In this document: positions 29,316 to 35,444 of the stretch, piece after piece
Layout of the letters: each line of letters begins with the position of its first letter
Numbering within the stretch: position 1 is the first letter of the stretch
From: a virus
Lineage: Duplodnaviria; Caudoviricetes
Length of the DNA: 37,166 nt
Virus record (IMG/VR): IMGVR_UViG_3300014208_001446
Span: 1 to 37,166 of that record
Strand: one strand, 5' to 3'
Position numbers and translations under genes: made by a program
Notes under the pieces: generated by a model
Seen by the model: only the letters and a program-made list of their open reading frames with translations
Databases searched by the model: none
What the model was told of the DNA's origin: nothing

Positions 29316-29359
29316 CACACGAGCGAACAAACAGTTCAACCCTATACAACCTAAGGCCG

Positions 29360-29764
29360 TTATTTTATCAGAAAAAAGTCGCAGTACACGTCTTCGAACT
29401 GCGTCGCACCGTACTGGCAACCCTCTTCACTCAGGTAGCAAAGCCGGGAACCGACAGCCGAAGTCGAGATAACGCGATCGCAGTCGAAGTACGAGACACC
29501 GGAGCCCGATGGTTGTTCGGGTGATGCAGCAATTTCCATCCATGGGTAATGTTTCCACTGAGTACCGTTGGTGTTATTCCAATCGGGAGTCCACTCCACA
29601 CCACCATTTTCTTCTTTATTGATCGCTGCCACAATCACCTTGAGTTTGCGGTAAGCGATTTCGTCTGAAGAAAGGTGAGGGATAACCAGGGCCGGAAGTA
29701 CAGCCTCGGGTGTTGTGCCCATAAACACACAGGCATCTTCGAAAGTTTTAATGTTACTGTTCAT
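29360..29764 (-). CDS. DGR target protein 1 (134 aa)
   Basis: Contains VR1; W.PDW...K.YPW...GSRLC family motifs. Confidence 0.9.
   Translation of the reverse strand: MNSNIKTFEDACVFMGTTPEAVLPALVIPHLSSDEIAYRKLKVIVAAINKEENGGVEWTPDWNNTNGTQWKHYPWMEIAASPEQPSGSGVSYFDCDRVISTSAVGSRLCYLSEEGCQYGATQFEDVYCDFFLIK
29438..29509 (-). repeat. Variable repeat VR1
   Basis: 16 mismatches to TR, 15 at TR adenines; encodes SGSGVSYFDCDRVISTSAVGSRLC. Confidence 0.95.
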
Positions 29765-29774
29765 ATTGGATTTG

Positions 29775-30254
29775 TTAAAGGGTCATAAAATTGTTGTAGT
29801 GAGATTGGAACTGCTTTGCGGCATACTCAGCCAGCTCGCGAGATTTGTAGCAAAGCCGGGAACCGACAGCCGAAGTCGAGATAACGCGATCGCAGTCGAA
29901 GTACGAGACACCGGAGCCCGACATGTTAAACCACGGATAGTATTTATACTCACTTGAGTCACTCCAATCTGGTTCCCAATCTTCATTCAACGCCCGGGCA
30001 ATAATTGTGAGTTCGAGAGCTGACCGTGCAGCAATCATATCTGCATCCTTGCCAGCATAAGCAAGTAGGACATGCGCATCTTCTGAAACACCAACTGCTT
30101 CAATCGCATCCTGAAGTGTTTTGATGCGATCCGTGATTTTTTCAGGAGTGTTTAATTCCGGAATCAGATCCGTTAAAAGTTTCTTTCCTACTTTATCTGC
30201 CGATTTGTAGGCCTTCAAAGCATTAGCTCTGGTAATGGTTACTGTTTGTGCCAT
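29775..30254 (-). CDS. DGR target protein 2 (159 aa)
   Basis: Contains VR2; paralogue of targets 1 and 3. Confidence 0.9.
   Translation of the reverse strand: MAQTVTITRANALKAYKSADKVGKKLLTDLIPELNTPEKITDRIKTLQDAIEAVGVSEDAHVLLAYAGKDADMIAARSALELTIIARALNEDWEPDWSDSSEYKYYPWFNMSGSGVSYFDCDRVISTSAVGSRLCYKSRELAEYAAKQFQSHYNNFMTL
29850..29921 (-). repeat. Variable repeat VR2 (identical to VR1)
   Basis: Same 72 nt as VR1. Confidence 0.95.
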
Positions 30255-30255
30255 G

Positions 30256-30747
30256 TTATTTCTTGATCATTATTTTTTCGTACAGCGGAGTAAACTTTTG
30301 GCCGAACTCTTTAGCCATGTCACTTGTTGGGAAGCAAAGCCGGGAACCGACAATCGAATTCGAGTAATCGTGAACGTAGCCGCCGTACGAGACACCGGAG
30401 CCCGATGACATATCAAACCATGGGTAATACTTCCATTGGTCGCTATTCGTCCAGTCCGGTTTCCAATCCTTACACCAATGCTCTGCCAGGACCCACAACA
30501 TTTCAATTGCATTATGTGCATGCTGGCGATCTGTTGTTGGATTTGAGAATGGGAGGTTCTCATCAGGATCAATACCCAAAGCTTTGCACGCTTGACGATA
30601 GAGCATCATGATTTCATCCGGTGTTGCAGTTACATCCCGAAGTTGATTAAGAATAGTAGTCAGCTGCTGAACTTCATCAGTTGGCAGTTTTGATGTGGCC
30701 ATTTCAATGACCTGGTCGAGGACCTGATTTTGTTTGTTGGTTTCCAT
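30256..30747 (-). CDS. DGR target protein 3 (163 aa)
   Basis: Contains VR3; paralogue with a different N-terminus. Confidence 0.9.
   Translation of the reverse strand: METNKQNQVLDQVIEMATSKLPTDEVQQLTTILNQLRDVTATPDEIMMLYRQACKALGIDPDENLPFSNPTTDRQHAHNAIEMLWVLAEHWCKDWKPDWTNSDQWKYYPWFDMSSGSGVSYGGYVHDYSNSIVGSRLCFPTSDMAKEFGQKFTPLYEKIMIKK
30334..30405 (-). repeat. Variable repeat VR3
   Basis: 13 mismatches to TR, 12 at adenines; encodes SGSGVSYGGYVHDYSNSIVGSRLC. Confidence 0.95.
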
Positions 30748-30775
30748 GTTATATAATTTAGCGGGTTAAAATTTG

Positions 30776-30847
30776 TAGCGCGGGGTGGATTCGAACCACC
30801 GACCTCTGGGTTATGAACCCAGCGAGCTACCACTGCTCTACCGCGCG
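30776..30847 (-). tRNA. tRNA-Met(CAT), initiator type
   Basis: Full cloverleaf; C1:U72 mismatch; GGG:CCC anticodon stem; loop TTCATAA; no encoded CCA. Confidence 0.92.
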
Positions 30848-30850
30848 ATG

Positions 30851-30945
30851 TGAAGAGGGCAGGAGTTGAACCTGCATGATGCGTAACCGTAAAATCCTAA
30901 TAAAACAACTACGAAAAATCAGGCCTACTGTTCCACCACCTCTCC
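30851..30945 (-). ncRNA. tRNA-like element / pseudo-tRNA
   Basis: Acceptor GGAGAGG/CCTCTTC-A and T-arm GCAGG-TTCAACT-CCTGC intact; no canonical anticodon arm. Confidence 0.55.
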
Positions 30946-31042
30946 ATGTGCCCGGATCGCTCTTTTGTTAAGTGCTGCCACCGGGCGGGGGCCGAACGTC
31001 GTTCCCGTTCTTGTCAGCCGATCCCCATCGGCATATCACCAA

Positions 31043-31294
31043 CTACCGCACCCCTGCGGTATCTTTTACTCCGGCACCTGGTTGAGTGCGGGCAATGCGA
31101 TAATGTTCAGCAACGGTTTTTTCAAACAAGTCGAACGCCGGTAAATATCCCATCACTTCGGTTTCGGTATGCTTACTTGTATCTGATATAAGCTCTACCC
31201 GGACCACATGCTTTTTAGATCCTGCTCTACGAAGAGTTATCTTCTGACCAGTCATAGGAATAACGGCCATGTTTAGTATTGGGAATTCGCTCAT
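31043..31294 (-). CDS. Hypothetical protein
   Basis: 83 aa, ATGA-coupled in the early operon. Confidence 0.6.
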   Translation of the reverse strand: MSEFPILNMAVIPMTGQKITLRRAGSKKHVVRVELISDTSKHTETEVMGYLPAFDLFEKTVAEHYRIARTQPGAGVKDTAGVR

Positions 31295-31956
31295 AGAATC
31301 ACGATCTCCTTTCCGGCGAAAACATACTGCTCGATTACTTCTCGAGTAAACTCCTCGACCAAGATTTGTGCACCTATATAAATAGCTCGTTCAACCCGAT
31401 CACCTTCGAGGCTATCATTATCATCAACTCCTTTAAAATCCATGTGCACAGTTGCGTATTCAATAATATCCTGGACAAGGACCTGCGCATCAAAATAACT
31501 TGTGCCTTCTTCTTCCATGCATTCACGGTAGCAGAAGGAGAATTCTATAATGCCGTTACGATTACACATATGCTCAATAAATATTTTCCGGCCTTTAAGG
31601 GATTGGGTTGGAATTAAGGAGAGGGCCTCAGGCATGCGCATATTTAAATGCTTGTACTGCAACCGGAGCCATGCCGCCAAATGGATATTACATTCCAATG
31701 TAAGATTGGTAAGCTCAGTCATTAAGAACGCTGCTTCTTCCTTGAATCCGTATTCATCCAGTTCAGAGATCAGCTCGACGGCAATTGAATAATCAGTTGA
31801 CTGTGGAGTCTCTGAGTTAATCACCCTTCTGAATTCGTTGGTGATGCGTTCAACCGTTTTATGCATGAGCATAAGGCAGGTCGCTTCTGATTTGATCCCC
31901 CAGATGAATTGATCTGGTGTAATTGAGGTTTCGATTTTTTGGGTTAGATTTGTCAT
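31291..31956 (-). CDS. Hypothetical protein
   Basis: Long ORF; start placed at MTNLTQK to avoid overlap (uncertain). Confidence 0.6.
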   Translation of the reverse strand: MTNLTQKIETSITPDQFIWGIKSEATCLMLMHKTVERITNEFRRVINSETPQSTDYSIAVELISELDEYGFKEEAAFLMTELTNLTLECNIHLAAWLRLQYKHLNMRMPEALSLIPTQSLKGRKIFIEHMCNRNGIIEFSFCYRECMEEEGTSYFDAQVLVQDIIEYATVHMDFKGVDDNDSLEGDRVERAIYIGAQILVEEFTREVIEQYVFAGKEIVIL

Positions 31957-31987
31957 GGTGATATACTTTAGCGGGTGTGTCATAGCA

Positions 31988-32182
31988 TCAGGCCTTACGG
32001 ATTCTTCCATGAGGCTTTTTGCTTTTAAAATAGGTTTTGAATGATTGCGCCATTTCATCCTGGCGATGCTTGTATTCACGGCGCAGCAATATGTACTGAA
32101 CCGCAAACCATATCAGAATAAGTGCAGTGAACATGAAACGCTCGGCGTTTTCAAGTCCGAAGAAGTAGCTAACTATTTCCAT
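31988..32182 (-). CDS. Small membrane protein
   Basis: One hydrophobic helix and a basic tail. Confidence 0.55.
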   Translation of the reverse strand: MEIVSYFFGLENAERFMFTALILIWFAVQYILLRREYKHRQDEMAQSFKTYFKSKKPHGRIRKA

Positions 32183-32333
32183 TGTTTGATCTTAATTTCC
32201 GTCTGTAATGGTTCACGCTTGGTTTGTCAGAAGTCTTTACCTTTTTTACACCACTGATGGTAAGCAGGAGACTTTTGATCTCAGACACTTCCTTTACCAG
32301 GGCTTGAATCTGTATTGAATCCTCCTTACTCAT
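32169..32333 (-). CDS. Hypothetical protein, 54 aa (not in the ORF track)
   Basis: MSKEDSIQIQALVKEVSEIK...; fills the gap after the Cro-like gene. Confidence 0.5.
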   Translation of the reverse strand: MSKEDSIQIQALVKEVSEIKSLLLTISGVKKVKTSDKPSVNHYRRKLRSNNGNS

Positions 32334-32334
32334 T

Positions 32335-32571
32335 TTACTTTACCATTTCTGATTCGTTGATATCAACCTCCTCGGTCAGTTCAACTGTGGCTTTGGTGTG
32401 CTTACGGAAGGCATTCAAAAAAGGTTTGTCAGTCAACGATTCGTTGTTATGCTTTGCCCACCGAGCGATAGTCTGTTCGTGAAGCATTAAGTCAGCAGCA
32501 ATCGACTTGCGTAAGCGGGGCTGCTCAATCAACATCACGCGGAATACCTTTTTTAACTGGACTTTTTTCAT
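32335..32571 (-). CDS. Cro-like HTH regulator
   Basis: Divergent from CI; RKSIAADLMLHEQTIARWA helix-turn-helix-like segment. Confidence 0.7.
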   Translation of the reverse strand: MKKVQLKKVFRVMLIEQPRLRKSIAADLMLHEQTIARWAKHNNESLTDKPFLNAFRKHTKATVELTEEVDINESEMVK

Positions 32572-32593
32572 ACCTTCGTTAATTATTATTGAA

Positions 32594-32626
32594 CAAATGT
32601 AAAGTGATTTACCACGTAATGTCAAA
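32594..32626 (-). promoter_or_regulatory. Early lytic promoter
   Basis: TTTG-N21-TACATTTG matches the Bacteroidota -33/-7 consensus. Confidence 0.65.
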
Positions 32627-32663
32627 TGGATTTCACATTAAGTTATCCACATACTAATGCACT

Positions 32664-33260
32664 ATGTCACACGATGGAAAAATATTAGCCGAGTTCCTTA
32701 AAAAGCAGAACCTTAACGCGAATCAGGTAGCAAACACTATGGGTTTGTCCCGGCAAAACCTGTACTACCACTTGAAGCAGGCGACGATTGATGATGGATT
32801 TAAAAGCAAACTTGCAGCATATGGGTTCAATGCATTTAATGTGAAACCATTTACCATAAAGAATGGTCGCCCATACTACGATGTTGATGCAGCTGCAGGA
32901 GCTGTAAGCACTTTTGATGATAAAACAGAGACTCCGGCCGCACAGGTTTCTTTTCCGGGTTTTCAAGATTGCGACTTTTGGATTAACTGCTTTGGAGATA
33001 GTATGTACCCTCTATATCAGTCTGGTGAAATAATCGCTTGTAAGAAGATTGAAAAGGCGTTGGTGCCATTTGGAGAAGCGTTTTTGGTTAGACTTCGAGA
33101 CGGTAACCGGTATATTAAGTATATTCGAAAGAATACTAAGCCGAGCAGATGGAGCTTGGTAAGTGAGAATAAGGATAAGTACGATCCATTCGAGGTGAAT
33201 ATTGATGATGTGATAGATGTCTGGATCATAAAAGGAAAACTCAAAAGAAACCAGATATGA
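32664..33260 (+). CDS. CI-like repressor (HTH + S24 peptidase)
   Basis: N-terminal HTH, AAG cleavage-like site, GDSMYP, YIKY, LVSEN. Confidence 0.9.
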   Translation: MSHDGKILAEFLKKQNLNANQVANTMGLSRQNLYYHLKQATIDDGFKSKLAAYGFNAFNVKPFTIKNGRPYYDVDAAAGAVSTFDDKTETPAAQVSFPGFQDCDFWINCFGDSMYPLYQSGEIIACKKIEKALVPFGEAFLVRLRDGNRYIKYIRKNTKPSRWSLVSENKDKYDPFEVNIDDVIDVWIIKGKLKRNQI

Positions 33261-33778
33261 GATACATTATACTACTATTGATTACTTTGATCCCCCTTGC
33301 ATCTGATGCTCAAATGTATCAAGTGTATTTTGCGCCCAAATACAGTAAGTCGATATTTATTGTAAAGGATAGTACCACCACACTTGACAAGATTAAAACC
33401 GTGCTTATTATGAACGGTTATACCATTGCAAGCCAAACCGAAACCTCTATTAAAACTGAGTTTACTTCACTTAATAATAGTCCACTTGACAAAATCAATT
33501 TTACAATAACCGATGTAACCTTAGACTCAGGAAAGTACTGGGTATTCAAAGGTGTATTTGACAATTCTACTCGTGGCAACATAGCGATGAATAGTTTTGC
33601 AGGATCTTCATCAACGCTTGAATTTAAGAATGATATCTCAGCGCATAGTCCCAATACCCGCTCTGGAAAGGCCTTTATTGAAATGATCCGGATTGCACAA
33701 CAGTTTAATAAGGCACTGAACTTTGGACCAGGTACAAAGAAGGGATACGTCAGATTTGAACTTATGAATAGTAAATAG
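33257..33778 (+). CDS. Exported hypothetical protein in the CI operon
   Basis: Signal peptide MRYIILLLITLIPLASDA-Q; ATGA-coupled to CI. Confidence 0.7.
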   Translation: MRYIILLLITLIPLASDAQMYQVYFAPKYSKSIFIVKDSTTTLDKIKTVLIMNGYTIASQTETSIKTEFTSLNNSPLDKINFTITDVTLDSGKYWVFKGVFDNSTRGNIAMNSFAGSSSTLEFKNDISAHSPNTRSGKAFIEMIRIAQQFNKALNFGPGTKKGYVRFELMNSK

Positions 33779-33795
33779 AAATAATTCACAACACA

Positions 33796-34899
33796 ATGGA
33801 TTTTAAAGACCAAATCAAGCAGCTCTCTGAACGCGTTTCGAAACTCAAAGATTCGATCCAAACAGAAGAGGCCACCAAAAACGCTTTTATTATGCCATTT
33901 ATAAGAGCACTTGGATATGATGTGTTCAATCCCCACGAGGTGGTGCCGGAATTCATTTCAGACATTGGATTGAAGAAAGGAGAAAAGATTGATTACGCCA
34001 TTTTTAAAGATGGTGATCCAATACTTTTGGTTGAATGTAAACACTGGCAGGAGAACCTGGACCTTCACGATGGACAACTTCTGCGTTATTTCCATGTAAG
34101 CAAAGCAAAGTTCAGCCTACTCACCAATGGAATCGTTTACCGGTTTTATTCAGACCTGGAGGAGAAGAACAAAATGGATGAGAAACCGTTTTTGGAATTC
34201 AATATCTCAGAAATCAGGGACAACAATATTGAAGAGTTAAAGAAATTTCATAAGTCATATTTTAACGCAGAATCAATCTCGGCGACGGCAAACGAGTTAA
34301 AGTATTTGAATGAATTGCGGGTATTGATTTCAAGAGATCTTAGTGCGCCATCCGATGGTTTTGTTCGCTTATATGCCTCACAGGCATACTCCGGTAGGTT
34401 AACTGAAAAGGCGATGGAGCAATTCAAAGATTACACCACAAAGGCCTGTACTGCATTATTAAACGATCTTGTAACTGCCAGGCTCCAAAGCGCCCTGAAG
34501 AAAGAAGAAGAGAGCATGGTGGCCGAAGCTCCGGTTGCACCTCCAAGAATTGAAACAACTGAAGAGGAGATGTTTGCCCATATCATTGTTAAAGCAATTT
34601 TGGCAAAAGAGTTAGACCCATCGAGGGTATTCATGAGGGATGCCCAGTCATACTGCTCAATAATTCTTGATGATAACAACCGCAAACCATTAGCAAGACT
34701 TTACTTTAATGGGACCAAAAGACAAGTTGGTTTGTTTGAAGCCGGTAGGTCGGAAGTTAAGTATCAGCTCGAAAGGGTTGAAGACCTGTATACTTATTCA
34801 GACAAGCTTTTATCCTGCGTACAATCATATATGAGTAATTCCAATATCAATGACCCTGGGGCACAACATACGAATAGCACGCAAGAAGAAGGGGCTTAG
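33796..34899 (+). CDS. HsdR_N-type PD-(D/E)xK nuclease-domain protein
   Basis: TEEATKNAFIMPF, EVVPEF, EKIDYAI, VECK, LTNG..YRFY; no helicase motifs. Confidence 0.85.
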   Translation: MDFKDQIKQLSERVSKLKDSIQTEEATKNAFIMPFIRALGYDVFNPHEVVPEFISDIGLKKGEKIDYAIFKDGDPILLVECKHWQENLDLHDGQLLRYFHVSKAKFSLLTNGIVYRFYSDLEEKNKMDEKPFLEFNISEIRDNNIEELKKFHKSYFNAESISATANELKYLNELRVLISRDLSAPSDGFVRLYASQAYSGRLTEKAMEQFKDYTTKACTALLNDLVTARLQSALKKEEESMVAEAPVAPPRIETTEEEMFAHIIVKAILAKELDPSRVFMRDAQSYCSIILDDNNRKPLARLYFNGTKRQVGLFEAGRSEVKYQLERVEDLYTYSDKLLSCVQSYMSNSNINDPGAQHTNSTQEEGA

Positions 34900-35047
34900 T
34901 CAGGAGGATTTTGCGAAGATTATGGATATCTCCCAGGGGTATTTGTCGCACCTTGAAAATAACTCCCGGGAACCAAGCATTGATATACTAATTCGTTTGA
35001 AAAAGAAACTTGGAACTACATACGAGCAACTGCTCGAGAGTAAATAA
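34850..35047 (+). CDS. XRE-family HTH protein
   Basis: LGHNIRIARKKKGLSQEDFA...YLSHLENNSREPS. Confidence 0.85.
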   Translation: MTLGHNIRIARKKKGLSQEDFAKIMDISQGYLSHLENNSREPSIDILIRLKKKLGTTYEQLLESK

Positions 35048-35151
35048 CCGATTCAATAACCGTATCAATTTGGAGCGATAATGGCAAAAACTGAAAATAT
35101 CACCCAACGTATTTACTGGTGTTCCGGGCTGCAAAATCCGGATATCGCTAA

Positions 35152-35166
35152 ACCCGCCATCTCCAC
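35152..35166 (+). repeat. attR core ACCCGCCATCTCCAC
   Basis: Identical to 1241-1255. Confidence 0.92.
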
Positions 35167-35170
35167 CTTC

Positions 35171-35215
35171 GCCCGCCATAGCTCCTCGTTCACGAGGAGC
35201 GACGGCGGGCTTTTT
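35171..35215 (+). terminator. Intrinsic terminator, probably the displaced host tmRNA terminator
   Basis: GCCCGCC-ATA-GCTCCTCG-TTCA-CGAGGAGC-GAC-GGCGGGC-TTTTT. Confidence 0.75.
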
Positions 35216-35444
35216 AAGTTTTACGGTATATTAAAGTGTATTCAAGGCGGGCTTGCTCCTTCGTGCACTGTCGCTATAGTTAAAGTGCAGGTTCCTAACG
35301 CTTCAGCGATACCTTGCTCTGCCGAAGTGGCTATGCGGCGGCGACGCGGAAATTAAATCTAAGAAACTATCAATTAAAGACTGATAAATATTGGATAATA
35401 TGTAATACATAAATGTTATATATTTGGTAAAATTCATGTTAGCT

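Larger units (their letters stand above)
1241..35166. mobile_element. Prophage (siphovirus-like, HK97-type head) integrated in the tmRNA 3' end
   Basis: Flanked by a 15-bp direct repeat; integrase at the left end; lysis, tail, head, packaging, replication and immunity modules all present. Confidence 0.95.

Noticed and set aside
29132-29320. 62-aa ORF over the TR, and alternate-frame ORFs over the targets
   Set aside because: By-products of the repeat sequence; no sign of independent coding
29244-30405. Four similar repeats as a CRISPR array
   Set aside because: 72-bp units, irregular 190-480 bp spacing, three inside ORFs, no cas genes
3125-31792. Numerous plus-strand ORFs of 60-133 aa
   Set aside because: Antisense shadows of well-supported minus-strand phage genes
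31957-32106. Extended N-terminus of ORF 31291-32106
   Set aside because: Overlaps the 31988-32182 gene; a downstream ATG has a better context
26109-34899. Methyltransferase plus HsdR_N protein as a restriction-modification pair
   Set aside because: About 6 kb apart in opposite operons; a C5 MTase is not a type I HsdM and no HsdS is present
35081-35356. 91-aa ORF crossing attR
   Set aside because: Spans the att core and terminator hairpin; no recognisable protein features
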